A stretch of 64,000 nt of DNA from Trueperaceae bacterium (lineage in GTDB: Bacteria > Deinococcota > Deinococci > Deinococcales > Trueperaceae), in NCBI GenBank assembly GCA_965214405.1, contig OZ243956.1, forward strand, positions 1,248,001 through 1,312,000, written 5' to 3'. Positions 12,616-23,839 of this stretch are shown one piece after another. Under the pieces are notes generated by a model. That model was not told where the DNA came from. It worked only from the letters and a program-made list of their open reading frames with translations, and ran no database searches. Position numbers and translations under genes: made by a program. Position 1 is the stretch's first letter, and each line of letters begins with the position of its first letter.

Positions 12616-13026
12616 AACGCCTCGAGCCTTCTGGAGCAACGTCTACCTGTTTGCTTTCGTGCTCGCGCTGTTGTCCATCCTCGGACGAGAAGATGTTGTA
12701 GAGGCCTTGCCTGCAGGGACGTGCTCACATCGGTCTTGGCAAGCTTCCCACGCACGACGCTTTGATGACGGTCGAATTTGCACGCGATGAAAATGTCCTT
12801 GTCACGCCTGAAATTTTCATGCCTGAAGAGCTGCGTTCGGCAGAAGACGTGTAGAGGCGGTTGCAGCTCCCCTCCGTACCTGCGGCGAACATCGCACCGT
12901 GCGTGACGAGGTAAAGGCCATCTACCGGGAGGCTGGCAAGGGCTACAGCCTGACCCCGGAGAGGCCGCCCCAGCCGCTCACGACGCCCGCAATTCTTGCC
13001 GAGGCGAAGGTCGCTGTGACGCAACC

Positions 13027-14223
13027 CTAAACCAGCAAGGCGTGCGGGTAAGGCACGCCCGCGATATAAACGTGACGAGCAGCGGCGTGCCCCCAGGTGC
13101 AAAGGGGATACCGCGGGTTGGCGTGGTCCACCACGATAAAGTCGGCGGCGCAGCCCGGCTCGAGCCGACCCAAGTCACCGCGCCCCAACGCGTCGGCGGC
13201 GTGTTTCGTGCCCGCCGCGAGGGCCTCCCGCAAGCTCATACCGCCTAGCGCCATAGCGAGCTGCATCGCCAGAAACAGGCTGTTCATAGGGGAGCTGCCG
13301 GGATTAAAGTCCGTAGCGACGGCGAGCTTCACGCCCGCGTCAACAGCGGCGCGGCAGTCGGGAAAAGGTTTTTTGAGAAGCACCGTAGCGCCGGGGAGAA
13401 CCGTACCTACTGTGCCACTCCCAGCCAAGGCCGCCCAGTCTTCAGGTGTACACTGCTCGAGGTGGTCCGCCGACAAGCCGCCCATCTCGGCGGCCAGTTT
13501 GGTTGCGCCGGTATGCTCGAGCTGTTCGGCGTGGGCTTTTATCTTGAAGCCGTGCGCCAAGGCAGTCTCAAAAATTTGTCTCGTCTCATCAACCGTGAAG
13601 GCACCTCGGTCGCAAAACACGTCCACCGCCTCCGCCAAACCTTGCCGCTTAACCTCGGGAACGAGGTCTTGGCAGAACATCGCCACGTAATCATTTCGGT
13701 GCCAGCCTTGGGGGATGACGTGAGCCAGCAAGGTGGGAACGATGCGTTGCGGGACGTGGTCCTTGAGGTTTCGGGCGACGCGCAGCATCTTGAGTTCGTG
13801 TTCGGGCTCGAGGCCATACCCGCTTTTGACTTCCAAAGTTGCCACGCCGCCCTTTAGAAAAACCTTCGCTCGCGCTATGGCAAGCTCGAGCATTTCCTCT
13901 TCGCTCGCCGCTTGCGTGGCCTCGACGGTGTTGTAAATGCCGCCGCCCGCTTCAAGGATGGCTTCGTAACTCTCCCCCCGACTTCGCTGCTCGTACTCAT
14001 GAATCCGGTCACCCGCCCAGATGAGGTGCGTATGGCTGTCAACGAGGGCGGGTAAAATCCCTTTACCCTCCAGGTCCACCCGCGCCGCGCCTGCGTAATC
14101 TTCGGGCAAGTCGGTTTCCGTTCCGACCCAGTCAACCTTTCCCCCGCTGACTACCATCGCCGCCTTTTTGATACTTTCGTCGGGGCTCAGCAACTCGCTG
14201 ATGTTGGTAAAGAGGGTCGTCAC
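13027..14223 (-). CDS. hutI: Imidazolonepropionase
   Basis: [39 protein letters not shown]. Confidence 0.95.
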   Translation of the reverse strand: MTTLFTNISELLSPDESIKKAAMVVSGGKVDWVGTETDLPEDYAGAARVDLEGKGILPALVDSHTHLIWAGDRIHEYEQRSRGESYEAILEAGGGIYNTVEATQAASEEEMLELAIARAKVFLKGGVATLEVKSGYGLEPEHELKMLRVARNLKDHVPQRIVPTLLAHVIPQGWHRNDYVAMFCQDLVPEVKRQGLAEAVDVFCDRGAFTVDETRQIFETALAHGFKIKAHAEQLEHTGATKLAAEMGGLSADHLEQCTPEDWAALAGSGTVGTVLPGATVLLKKPFPDCRAAVDAGVKLAVATDFNPGSSPMNSLFLAMQLAMALGGMSLREALAAGTKHAADALGRGDLGRLEPGCAADFIVVDHANPRYPLCTWGHAAARHVYIAGVPYPHALLV

Positions 14224-15878
14224 GAGTCCAAACTCGGCAGGTCCAGACCGCGCTCCCTGGCAACCCGTTTGGCCTCTTCATAGCCTGCGTCGGCGTGACG
14301 CATGACGCCCGTGCCGGAGTCGTTGACGAGCAGGCGGCTCAGCCTCTCGTGCGCTTCCTCCGAGCCGTCGGCCACCGAGACCTGCCCGGCGTGCAGGCTG
14401 TAGCCCATCCCCACCCCGCCCCCGTGGTGGAAGCTCACCCAGCCCGCCCCCGACACGGCGTTGAGCGCAAAATTCAGGAGCGGCCAGTCGGCCACCGCGT
14501 CACTGGTGTCCACCATGCCCTCGGTCTCGCGGTAGGGGCTCGCCACCGAGCCCGAATCGAGATGGTCGCGCCCGATGACGACGGGCGCGCTCAGCTCGCC
14601 GCGCTTGACCATGTCGTTAAACATCAACCCCGCCTTGTCGCGTTCCTTGTAACCAAGCCAGCAGATGCGGGCGGGAAGCCCCTGAAACTTAAAGGTTTTG
14701 GTGCCCTCGGTGAGCCACTTGTGCAAGCCCTCATCGTCGGGGAAAAGCTCGAGCATTGCCTCGTCCGTTTTGTAAATATCTTCCGGACTGCCCGACAGGG
14801 CGACCCAGCGAAAAGGCCCGCGTCCCTCGCAAAACTGGTCACGGATAAAAGCTGGGACGAAGCCCGGATAAGCAAAAGCGTCTTCAAGGCCGCCGCGTTG
14901 GGCCATCGCGCGCAGGTTGTTACCGTAATCAAAGGCAATCGCGCCACGCTTCTGCATCTCGACGATGGCTGCACAGTGCGTTGCCATCGCTTCAAAGACT
15001 CGAGCTTTATAGCCTTCTACATCCTTTTCCCTCGTCTCGTCCGGGTCTTCATCCGCCTTGAGTGGAGGGATATACCCCACCAAAGGGTCGTGGGCGCTTG
15101 TCTGGTCGGTGATGAGGTCGGGGATGAAACCTCTTTTGAGCATTTCAGGCACTATCTCAGCCGCGTTGCCGAGTAAGCCGATGCTAGAGGCTCTACCCGC
15201 TTTTTTGGCAGCTTCGGCTTGTTCGATAGCGCCGTCCAAATTGCGCGTCCAGGTGTCGAGGTAGGCGGTCTCGAGCCGTCTCTGAATGCGCGCCTCGTCC
15301 ACTTCTATGCAGATGACCACGCCGCCGTTCAGCGTGACCGCCAGGGGTTGCGCGCCGCCCATGCCGCCCAAGCCCGCGGTGACCGTGATGGTGTTTTTGA
15401 GCGTCCCGTTAAAGTGCTTTCGGGCGGCGGCGGCAAAGGTCTCAAAGGTGCCTTGCAAGATGCCTTGCGTCCCGATATAAATCCAGCTCCCCGCGGTCAT
15501 CTGCCCGTACATCATGAGGCCGAGCTTGTCCAGGCGGTCGAACTCGTCCCAATTCGCCCATTCGCCGACTAGATTGCTGTTGGCGATAATTACTCGAGGC
15601 GATTTCGGAAAGGTGCGGAACACCCCGACCGGCTTGCCCGACTGGACGAGCAGCGTTTCGTCGTTCTCGAGCCTGTCCAAAACCTCGACGATTTTATGAA
15701 ACGCCGCCCAGTTGCGCGCGGCCTTGCCCCGCCCGCCGTAAACGATAAGCTCTTCAGGCTTTTCCGCGTTGGCGGGGTCTAGGTTGTTCATCAGCATCCG
15801 TTTGGCGGCCTCTTGAATCCAGCCTTTGGCGGTTCTCGTTGTGCCTGTGGGCGCGTGAATGGCGGGAGCTTGTGTCAT
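14220..15878 (-). CDS. hutU: Urocanate hydratase
   Basis: [44 protein letters not shown]. Start re-called at MTQAP (15878), overlapping the hutG stop. Confidence 0.97.
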   Translation of the reverse strand: MTQAPAIHAPTGTTRTAKGWIQEAAKRMLMNNLDPANAEKPEELIVYGGRGKAARNWAAFHKIVEVLDRLENDETLLVQSGKPVGVFRTFPKSPRVIIANSNLVGEWANWDEFDRLDKLGLMMYGQMTAGSWIYIGTQGILQGTFETFAAAARKHFNGTLKNTITVTAGLGGMGGAQPLAVTLNGGVVICIEVDEARIQRRLETAYLDTWTRNLDGAIEQAEAAKKAGRASSIGLLGNAAEIVPEMLKRGFIPDLITDQTSAHDPLVGYIPPLKADEDPDETREKDVEGYKARVFEAMATHCAAIVEMQKRGAIAFDYGNNLRAMAQRGGLEDAFAYPGFVPAFIRDQFCEGRGPFRWVALSGSPEDIYKTDEAMLELFPDDEGLHKWLTEGTKTFKFQGLPARICWLGYKERDKAGLMFNDMVKRGELSAPVVIGRDHLDSGSVASPYRETEGMVDTSDAVADWPLLNFALNAVSGAGWVSFHHGGGVGMGYSLHAGQVSVADGSEEAHERLSRLLVNDSGTGVMRHADAGYEEAKRVARERGLDLPSLDS

Positions 15879-16822
15879 CTTTCTCCTTTGTGTACTGCTC
15901 GAGCATGTACCGCGTAAATAAAGTGCCAAATAGTGACGGCGGCCAGGCGGCTGGTGCGGTCGTCAACGTCGAATTCGGGGTTGACTTCGCTGATTTCAAA
16001 GACGCGGCTGCGTTTGTCGCCTCCCGCCAGCTCCGCCAGTTCGATAAGGTCTCTGCCGTCCAGCCCGGTGGGGTTGGGGGCGCTCACGCCGGGGGCGTCC
16101 GCCGCGCGCACCACGTCCATGTCGAGGCCCCAGAAAAGGGCTTGGGAGGGTGTCTCGAGCAAATCTTCAACGAGAGGACGCAGACCTTGCGTTTGAACTT
16201 GCTGACGAGAAAAACACCTGACGCCGAGGGTTGACAAATACTCGAAGTAAACGCTCGAGTTGGCGTGAGGCTGATACCCCACCTCGAAAAACCGCTCGGG
16301 TCGGAGGTGTCCCTCTTCCAAAAGCTGCCGATAAGGCGTGCCGCTGTTGCGAGGTGAATCTGCTCTAACATCAAAATGTGCGTCCAGGTTAAAGGCGGCG
16401 GGGTCGGGGTGCTCGAGCGCCAAGCCGCTCACGTCGGGATAGGAAACATCGTTCCCGCCCCCCAATACAATCAGGCGCTTGCCGTCGCGGATGACCTGCC
16501 TGACCAGGGTCTGATGTCGCTCGTGAATCTCTTCAAGGCTACCTTCGACCAGGGTGTCGCCAAGGTCGAAGAGGTTGAGACCCTCGAGCCCCGCCACCCC
16601 GAGCTTGTAAAGCTGAGCACGTATCGCGCTAGGCGCACCTTTTGCGCCCACGCGCCCGCCGTTGCGCCTGACCCCTTCGTCCTGCGGGCAGCCCAGAATG
16701 ACGATGTTCGCTCCCTCATAATCACGAAAGTCGCTCTTAACGATTTCACCTAAGCGCTTGTCATTGGGGTCGTTACGCCGGTAAGACAGCACGGGGGCGG
16801 CGTCTTGTCTCAACTCTTTCAT
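15875..16822 (-). CDS. hutG: Formimidoylglutamase (arginase family)
   Basis: [39 protein letters not shown]. Confidence 0.92.
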   Translation of the reverse strand: MKELRQDAAPVLSYRRNDPNDKRLGEIVKSDFRDYEGANIVILGCPQDEGVRRNGGRVGAKGAPSAIRAQLYKLGVAGLEGLNLFDLGDTLVEGSLEEIHERHQTLVRQVIRDGKRLIVLGGGNDVSYPDVSGLALEHPDPAAFNLDAHFDVRADSPRNSGTPYRQLLEEGHLRPERFFEVGYQPHANSSVYFEYLSTLGVRCFSRQQVQTQGLRPLVEDLLETPSQALFWGLDMDVVRAADAPGVSAPNPTGLDGRDLIELAELAGGDKRSRVFEISEVNPEFDVDDRTSRLAAVTIWHFIYAVHARAVHKGER

Positions 16823-16824
16823 GT

Positions 16825-17532
16825 CTAGCGCTTCGCCTCTTCTTGCGGGATGAATTCATTTTCAAAGCTGTACTTGTCGCCCCTCATCAGGTAGGTCACC
16901 CAGGTCACGGGCTTGTGAGAGGTGTAGGTGACGCGCTCGAGCAAGAAAGCCGGGGTGTGGAGAGGACAATCAAAACGTTCAGCCTGCGTTTCGTCCAGCG
17001 TCACGGCCTTGAGTTGCTGCCAGACTTTGGTAAGGGGCAACTTGTATTTGTGGATGAGCAAGTCGTGGATGCTTTCGTTTGCCAAATCCTCTTTGAGGAT
17101 GCCCGAGCACAGGTCGTGCCGCAAATAACGCCGCTCTTCCAGCACGGTTTTGCCGTCAAGAGAGCGCAAGCGGTGAACGAAGACGGCGCGCTCCACCCTC
17201 AGCTTCTCCTTGCCCTCCTCGGGTAGCGGTCTAACCTCGGCGGTAAGCAGCCGCGTTTCTGGCGTCGCGCCTACGCTTTTGGCGTAGTCCCTGAAGGGTT
17301 TGACCGTGAAAAAGCCCTGGTTGAAGGTGGGTTTCTTTAGGATGTTACCCCGCCCCGGAATGCGCGTGAGGTAGCCCTCGCGCTCGAGTTCTGACAGAGC
17401 CCGCCGCGCCGTCATGCGGCTCACCGAAAACCTATCGGCCACCACATTTTCGGACGGAAAATCCCCCCCGTCAACAAAAGCGCCCGTGGCGATTTCCGAC
17501 AGGAGCTGTTGTCTGATGCGTTCATATTTCAT
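16825..17532 (-). CDS. hutC: GntR/UTRA histidine utilization repressor
   Basis: PSE..F.VSRMTARRAL..GRG HTH plus UTRA domain, inside the hut cluster. Confidence 0.85.
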   Translation of the reverse strand: MKYERIRQQLLSEIATGAFVDGGDFPSENVVADRFSVSRMTARRALSELEREGYLTRIPGRGNILKKPTFNQGFFTVKPFRDYAKSVGATPETRLLTAEVRPLPEEGKEKLRVERAVFVHRLRSLDGKTVLEERRYLRHDLCSGILKEDLANESIHDLLIHKYKLPLTKVWQQLKAVTLDETQAERFDCPLHTPAFLLERVTYTSHKPVTWVTYLMRGDKYSFENEFIPQEEAKR

Positions 17533-17555
17533 GGCTTCTTTTGGAAGAGTAAATA

Positions 17556-17608
17556 GTGATTAGTGGGTAGTTTTTTACTATATCCACTCATCACTACCCA
17601 CTAACCAC
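17556..17608. repeat. 16-bp inverted repeat (hairpin) between the membrane gene and hutC
   Basis: GTGATTAGTGGGTAGT ... ACTACCCACTAACCAC (1 mismatch). Confidence 0.7.
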
Positions 17609-17614
17609 TCCCTT

Positions 17615-18013
17615 TCAAGCTCCCTGCGCCACGTACATACTGCCGATACCAAAGGCCATGACCGCAAAGAGAAAGCCCGCGCTGCTCAAACCGGTAGCGG
17701 TCCAGCGGCCTTCGCGCGCAGGTTTGGGTAACCAGTAAAACAGCAGGTAGAAGAAAAGCGCGCCCAGCCCGCCTAAGTAGTGAATGTAAAGCTGCAACGG
17801 CCCTAGCCCCTGGTCGAGCAGTTTGATGCCGACCAAAACCTGCACCATCAGGCTAATCTGTGCGAAAAGGAGCACCGCATAAACCGTGCGGTCAAGCGCC
17901 CGCTTGCGAACGGCGAACGTGGCGGTGACGATTAGGCTGAGCAAGGTCGCTACCAGAACCGCCGTACCTACCCAGACGTGAACGGCGGGTTGAACCCAAA
18001 TTTGGTCTATCAC
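17615..18013 (-). CDS. Small 4-TM membrane protein of unknown function
   Basis: 132 aa, four hydrophobic segments, GGAGG RBS upstream. Confidence 0.75.
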   Translation of the reverse strand: MIDQIWVQPAVHVWVGTAVLVATLLSLIVTATFAVRKRALDRTVYAVLLFAQISLMVQVLVGIKLLDQGLGPLQLYIHYLGGLGALFFYLLFYWLPKPAREGRWTATGLSSAGFLFAVMAFGIGSMYVAQGA

Positions 18014-18111
18014 GAATCATCCTCCAGCCTTTTCTTTGGGCCTTTTCTTTTTCTTTAGGCCTTTTCTTTAGACGTTCTTTAGCCTCGAGCCACAGCCTCG
18101 AGCTTTCAAGC

Positions 18112-18121
18112 TGTCTATACA
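18112..18121. promoter_or_regulatory. HutC operator (leftward hut transcript)
   Basis: TGTCTATACA is the reverse complement of TGTATAGACA and fits the TGTA-N2-(T/G)ACA HutC box. Confidence 0.7.
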
Positions 18122-18223
18122 ACACTAAACCATCCTCAACTCTTTGTCCAGCTCTTTCTGAAAGAAACATGCGTAATATTTATGAACTGCGACTGGTGCT
18201 TAACCAATCCGAAGCCATTACTT

Positions 18224-19582
18224 GGGTGCAGCCCGCTAGTGTCGGATTAAGCCGGGGCAGGGTAAGCGAGGTGCCTGAGCTGCCCAAAGTCAATGAGGGA
18301 ATGTTTGGCACAGGTCTGGGCACGCAAAGAGGCCATACTGGCAGCACCTTGTTTGGACCAGTGCATCCCGCTTCTTTTCATACGGTTTCCGATAACGGCT
18401 TTGTTCATCCCTTCGATTTGCCCTGAACCGATGGGATAGCCTTTTTCTGTGAACCGAGCATAATCCATACTGTCAAGCCGGGTTTCAAGATACTTTAGAG
18501 CAGTTTGCGCTTTGTCATCCCAGGTGAGCCAGACCTCGGGTTTAGGAAGGTGGTGAGCGAGCCAGTCACGGGCGTTGAGCTGACCCCGATACCAGTCACA
18601 GCGGTGGCGCGTTCTTAGGTCTTCATCCCAAGCCAGTGCTTGCATGATGGTGTCGAGGTACTGAGTGGCGTGGTAGACGTCGGTGATTCTTACGGCGTCG
18701 AGATGACAAAAGATGTTGTCAATCCAAACGGCTCCATCACCCAAACCGAGCAGCGTATCCGCGGGGGTGACTCCGGCTTCGTTGAGTAAACCCGCCACGA
18801 GCGTGACAAAGTCTTCGGCACAGCAGCGTTCGGCCAACATCCAGCGCTGACTCGGAGCGGCTTGCGGATAAAGTACGGCTGTTTTGAGTTCCAGGCCAGG
18901 ACATAGCCCCTGTTCAGGTTGCCCTAAGACGTAGACGCCGTCCATTTGCAACACCATGACGCGTCCTTGTCGGCGTGCCGCTTCAGGCTCTGAACAAGAC
19001 AACAGTCTGTCTGCCACCTCGGCTCGACACGCCTCAGCGTAGGGGCGTTGCAAGCGGTCTAATTCTGACGAGCTAATCCTCAGGCCGAAGTTGCGCGCGA
19101 TGTAAGCGCCTTCTTCTAAGGGCACGCGCGCTGCTAAGTCGGTCAGGCAAGCTAAGGCTTTGGGCGTCCAGCCCGAATGGTCTAAGCGTCTATCGAGGAT
19201 AGCTTGTTTGGCTCGACCCTCTCTATCAACCAGCCTTTGTACCTCGACATAGACCCGGCCCCACAAGTGCTTAACCGCGCAGCGACGTTTGCCGTTACCC
19301 CAATAGCCTTCAGGTACTTCTCTTTTGTGCTCGGGGGGAAAAGCTCCGGCTATCTGCCAGAGCTTGCATAGTCTCACTCATCATCGCTTGATAATGCGCC
19401 AGCATCGCCGTCTCAACCTCGGCTACACCCGCATCTTCGGGTAGGTCTCGTTCCAAAGCTTCTAAGTACCTGCCAAACGCTTCCTTCGCCCGTTCTTTCC
19501 AATCACCTGTCTGGCTCGTTTTCATCCGCCATTCTACCGCTGCTACGCCCCTTTTTCTATCCGCCTATTTGGGGTTGCACCC
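18224..19582 (-). mobile_element. Complete insertion sequence (ISKra4/ISLre2-like DDE), 1359 bp, 9-bp TSD
   Basis: Ends GGGTGCAGCCC.. and ..GGGTTGCACCC; direct repeat CCATTACTT at 18215-18223 and 19583-19591. Confidence 0.9.
18247..19525 (-). CDS. Transposase split across two frames (orfA 19310-19525, orfB 18247-19377)
   Basis: MDG, GDGAVWI, DVYHA, GYPIGSGQIEG..K..I..RMKRSGMHW motifs; the frames overlap at TTTTCCCCCC (19333-19342). Confidence 0.88.
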
Positions 19583-19606
19583 CCATTACTTAACCAACTT
19601 GAAAGA

Positions 19607-19616
19607 TGTATAGACA
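19607..19616. promoter_or_regulatory. HutC operator upstream of hutH
   Basis: TGTATAGACA(GC), with a 12-mer identical to the box at 18110-18121 on the other strand. Confidence 0.75.
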
Positions 19617-19656
19617 GCATGTACACTTAGAGCAAGTCTGTTCATGGAGGACGCTC

Positions 19657-21180
19657 ATGTCCGTAACGCTCAACACGCACCTCAGCACCGACACCTTTAT
19701 CGAGGTCGTCAGGAAAGGCCGGAAAGTCGCGCTTCACCCCGAGGCCTCAGAACGCGTCGAGCAGGCGCGTCGGTACGTGGAAAACCTTCTGACCCGACCG
19801 GAAGCCGTCTACGGGGTCAACACCGGCTTCGGCAAATTCGCCACAGTGCGCATTCTCCCTCACGAAGTGCGGGACTTGCAGCGCAACCTCCTCTTGTCTC
19901 ACGCCATCGGCGTCGGGGCGTCCTTTCCGACCGAGGTGGTCAGGGGGATGCTCTTGCTACGCGCGCAGTCGCTGGCGCAGGGCTATTCCGGCGTGCGGCC
20001 CGTCGTGATTGACTACCTGCTCACCTTTCTGAACGAGGGCGTCCACCCCGTCGTGCCGTCGCAGGGGTCGGTGGGGGCGTCGGGTGACTTGGCCCCGCTC
20101 GCGCACATGAGCCTGCCGCTTATCGGGGAGGGCGGCGTGGAGTACCGGGGCGAAATCAGGGCTTCACAAGAGGTGCTTGACATGCTTGGGCTGGAACCGT
20201 TGGTACTGGAAGCCAAAGAAGGCTTAGCCCTCATCAACGGCACCCAGGCGATGGCGAGTATGCTGGCCCTGCTCGTCTGGGACGCGCAGATTCTCCTCAA
20301 GAGCGCCGACATCGCCGCGGCCATGAGCGTCGAGGCGCGCAAAGCCAGCCACCGTCCTTTTGATGAAGCCGTCTCTAAGTTGAGACCCCACCCAGGTGCG
20401 ACGACGGTGGCTGAAAACATGCGCCTCCTCCTCCAGAACTCCGAGATTCAGGCGTCGCATATCGACTGCGACAAGGTGCAAGACCCTTACAGCCTGCGCG
20501 CCGTGCCCCAGGTCCACGGCGCGTCGCGCGACGCGTTGGGGCACGTCAAGGAGATTGTAGAGCGCGAACTGGACAGCGTCACCGACAATCCTTTGATTGT
20601 TTGGGACGAGGACAAAGTCATCTCGGCGGGTAACTTCCACGGGCAGTCGCTGGCCCTCGCGGCCGACTATCTGGGAATAGCCCTGGCCGAAATCGCCAAC
20701 ATCAGCGAGCGCCGCGTGGAACAGATGCTGAACCCGTCGCTCTCCGGTCTGCCCGCCTTTTTGGCGGACCAGGGCGGCTTGCACTCGGGGCTCATGATTA
20801 GCCAATACACCGCCGCCGCTCTGGTGAGCGAAAACAAAGTGCTGGCGCATCCCGCCTCGGTCGACTCGATACCCACGAGCGCCAATCAGGAAGACCACGT
20901 CTCGATGGGCACCCACGCGTGCAGGAAAGCGAGGGCCATCTTTGAGAACACCCTCATCGTCCTCGCTATCGAACTCGTCTCCGCCGCGCAGGGGCTTGAT
21001 TACCACGCGCCTCTAAAATCTAGCAAAGGGGTGGAGGCGGCGCATAAGAGGATTCGTGACGAGGTGTCGCACCTCGATGTGGACCGCTACTACCGGCCCG
21101 AACTGGACAAGGTCTGCGCGCTCGTGCGGTCGGCCAGCCTGTTGGCTGAGGTTGAAAGCGTGGTCGGCAGGGTGGCGTAA
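19657..21180 (+). CDS. hutH: Histidine ammonia-lyase
   Basis: [20 protein letters not shown] (MIO), [17 protein letters not shown]; start follows GGAGG. Confidence 0.97.
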   Translation: MSVTLNTHLSTDTFIEVVRKGRKVALHPEASERVEQARRYVENLLTRPEAVYGVNTGFGKFATVRILPHEVRDLQRNLLLSHAIGVGASFPTEVVRGMLLLRAQSLAQGYSGVRPVVIDYLLTFLNEGVHPVVPSQGSVGASGDLAPLAHMSLPLIGEGGVEYRGEIRASQEVLDMLGLEPLVLEAKEGLALINGTQAMASMLALLVWDAQILLKSADIAAAMSVEARKASHRPFDEAVSKLRPHPGATTVAENMRLLLQNSEIQASHIDCDKVQDPYSLRAVPQVHGASRDALGHVKEIVERELDSVTDNPLIVWDEDKVISAGNFHGQSLALAADYLGIALAEIANISERRVEQMLNPSLSGLPAFLADQGGLHSGLMISQYTAAALVSENKVLAHPASVDSIPTSANQEDHVSMGTHACRKARAIFENTLIVLAIELVSAAQGLDYHAPLKSSKGVEAAHKRIRDEVSHLDVDRYYRPELDKVCALVRSASLLAEVESVVGRVA

Positions 21181-21207
21181 ACGAGTGCGTGAACGCGCTT
21201 CAGGCTG

Positions 21208-22260
21208 TTATTGGCGGGCACTGCTGCGATGCGGCGCCCGTGCAGGGAACGAGCGCAGGTCCGACGGAACCACCCGCGCCCGCAAGATGACCGGCCCGCC
21301 GACGGCCCGCTCGAGCCGCTCTTGAATCTCGGCGACGTTCGCCTCCCCCTCTCTCTCCGCGTAAATGTAAGCGGTAAAACTCACCACATACCCGTCTTCT
21401 GAAGAGGCGATGCCGATGCCGGTCAGCTCGAGGACCGACGGGTCCAAGCCCGCCGTCAAAATCCTTTCCACCGCCGCCTGACGGTTCGCCTCCCGAATCT
21501 GCAAGTACGAAACGTAACCCAAGGGCAGCGTCAGGACGAGAACGCCGAACACCGACCAGCGGAGGCTGCGCCGGAAGCTCGATAAACTCGCCTTGTTGAG
21601 AGGGCGGAAGCCCAGGAGCCAGAACACGGCGATACCCGCCAGAACGATGGACGCCAAGTTGGTGGCAAAAAGGAGCCCCGCCCCCTGTGATATGTCAAGG
21701 CGGCGCGCGCCCAGGCCGTAGCCCACCACACAGAGGGGCGGCACCAGCGCCACGGCGATGGCGACGCCCGGCAGGGACGCCGCCAGCTCTTTGCGGCACA
21801 GCGCGTAAGCCCCCGCCGCCCCGGACACGAGCGCGACCATGAGGTCGAGCAGATTGGGCTGGGCTCTCGCCAAAACTTCGGCGGTGGGCACCTTCGAGGA
21901 AATGAGAAACGCGAGCAGGGCCGACGTGCCCACGGCGGTAAGCACGCCCATTAGCGTCGAGAGCGCCGCGCGTCGGAAGAGGCGGGGGTAGCCCGTGACC
22001 AGCCCGAAGCCCATCGCCATCATGGGGCTCATCATTGGGGCGATGAGCATGGCCCCAATGACCACCGCGCTGCTGTTTTGCCTTAGCCCCAAAAAGGCGA
22101 TGCTCGAGGACAGCAGCATGAGCGCGTAGAAGTCGACCGTCGCCAAGGCACCCCCGCGCATCGCCTCGAGCGTTACGTTTTGCTCGTCTTGGTTGAGGGT
22201 CGGTGAAACCTCGTCCAGTTTGTTCCACAAGCGTCGGGGGACGCGCCGCAGACGTTTCAT
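21208..22260 (-). CDS. DUF389 (TIGR00341-like) membrane protein
   Basis: NSSAVVIGAMLIAP, LPGVAIAVALVPPL. Confidence 0.85.
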   Translation of the reverse strand: MKRLRRVPRRLWNKLDEVSPTLNQDEQNVTLEAMRGGALATVDFYALMLLSSSIAFLGLRQNSSAVVIGAMLIAPMMSPMMAMGFGLVTGYPRLFRRAALSTLMGVLTAVGTSALLAFLISSKVPTAEVLARAQPNLLDLMVALVSGAAGAYALCRKELAASLPGVAIAVALVPPLCVVGYGLGARRLDISQGAGLLFATNLASIVLAGIAVFWLLGFRPLNKASLSSFRRSLRWSVFGVLVLTLPLGYVSYLQIREANRQAAVERILTAGLDPSVLELTGIGIASSEDGYVVSFTAYIYAEREGEANVAEIQERLERAVGGPVILRARVVPSDLRSFPARAPHRSSARQ

Positions 22261-22424
22261 GATGTGCTCCTTCGCTAAGCCCTTCTGGTTTTTAGAGGTT
22301 GGCGATATGTCAAAGTCAGCACGCCACAGAGAGACGGGAAACGACGTGCTGGGCCACCTCAAATACTGACATACCTTTTTACCTCGAGGGCCGGGCGAAA
22401 GAAACTACCGTTGGCGCGCTCCCT

Positions 22425-23813
22425 TCAAAACCTGAAATCGGTTGACACGGCCAGACCGTAGGTGCTCCTCAACGAGGCCGGTGACCGGTAGGCGTGAAAG
22501 GCCGTGTCCAGGCCGAACCAGCCCCAGTTCGCGCCCGCGCCGAGCCCCCACTTCAGGCCGCCTTCCCAACCCACGCCGCTCCGCAAGGACAAGTTTCCGA
22601 CGAGCGCGGTGTGCAGGACGCCCTCTACGCCCAGAGCGGCGGAGGGCGCTCCGGTGAAGGCGTCGAGTTCCAAGTCCGCCGCAACGGTCAGGCTGTTGGC
22701 ATTGGAAAAATCTCGTTTGTATGCACCGTGTAGCAAAACGTTGAGGTGCGGGGCGAAAAAGAAGCGGCTCGCGGCTCGTTCTTGAAACTCGAGCGTGACA
22801 TCATCCGGCGCCTCGCTCGAGCCCTCGCCGACGAGGTCGGTTTCCCGCCCGCGCCAGTACGACAGGCTCAGGTCCTGCACGCTTACGCCCAGGACGACCT
22901 CGCGCGAGCCCCGCCCCGGCTCGAGGGGCAGCGGCAGCACGTCCACCAAACCCCAGTCGGTGGTGAGCCCGCCGCCAGCGCCGTTGACCGACACGATGCT
23001 CGAAAAGCTCGAGGCGTCGAGCCGAAAAGACGCCTCGAACTCACCCACATTGACCTCCAAGTCCGAGCTGTCGATGTCGGCGTCGATGTTGACCAGCCCC
23101 ACGAACGGGGCGGTACGGACGCCGACGTAACGTTTCGCGCCCGGTGGGTGACTGGGGATCACAGCCAGCTCGCGCGTGTAGAGCCAGTCGGCACTCACGC
23201 CCGCCGTCAGGTTGAGCCGCACGGTGTCCAGGCCGACGCTGATGGTTTTTCCGAAGCCGCCCTCGGGCTTGAACTGCACGTAGCTCCGCTCGAAAGGGTG
23301 AACCGCAAAGGTCTGCCCGCCTATCCTGAACGCGACGGGGAGGTCCAGCGACTGCTCCACGCCCCGCGACAAGCTCCGCAGGAACCCGGACAAGTCGCCC
23401 GTGTCGATGTCGAGCGAGAGTTCGGGCCGCCCGTCCTCGTCTAAGCCCGCCTCGAACGCGACGTCGATGTCCCCGCTCGCCGGGTTGAGCAGGTAGCTCT
23501 CGGGATGAAGCGCCGCGTCCAGCAGGTAAAGAACGTCCAAGTCTTCGCCAGAGAGGTTTGAAACGAGGCCGAACAAACCGAAGGGCACGTGGACGACGAC
23601 GGCCCGCGTGCTGAAGTCCCGGTGGGCCAGCGCGGGGTTGCCGAACATCGCTCCCTCGTCCGGCATCGTTACCCCGGCCAGGCCCAAGTCGCGGGCGGAC
23701 TGGGCCAGGACCGGTGCGAAGCCAAAGAGCAAGCTGGCGACGATGATAACGCTGATGACGACTTGCCCCTTTCGCGCTGGCGTCGGTAAGACTTCTTTAT
23801 TGTTGTTCCACAA
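22425..23813 (-). CDS. Secreted protein, probably an outer-membrane beta-barrel, function unknown
   Basis: Signal peptide ending VLA-Q, NPA motif, alternating beta strands, C-terminal Phe (TDFRF). Confidence 0.65.
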   Translation of the reverse strand: MWNNNKEVLPTPARKGQVVISVIIVASLLFGFAPVLAQSARDLGLAGVTMPDEGAMFGNPALAHRDFSTRAVVVHVPFGLFGLVSNLSGEDLDVLYLLDAALHPESYLLNPASGDIDVAFEAGLDEDGRPELSLDIDTGDLSGFLRSLSRGVEQSLDLPVAFRIGGQTFAVHPFERSYVQFKPEGGFGKTISVGLDTVRLNLTAGVSADWLYTRELAVIPSHPPGAKRYVGVRTAPFVGLVNIDADIDSSDLEVNVGEFEASFRLDASSFSSIVSVNGAGGGLTTDWGLVDVLPLPLEPGRGSREVVLGVSVQDLSLSYWRGRETDLVGEGSSEAPDDVTLEFQERAASRFFFAPHLNVLLHGAYKRDFSNANSLTVAADLELDAFTGAPSAALGVEGVLHTALVGNLSLRSGVGWEGGLKWGLGAGANWGWFGLDTAFHAYRSPASLRSTYGLAVSTDFRF

Positions 23814-23839
23814 ACGCTCGTTACCTACTTCCGCACCCG

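Noticed and set aside
12616..13026. Possible small gene or remnant between the hydrolase and hutI
   Set aside because: Only short broken frames with no identifiable similarity.
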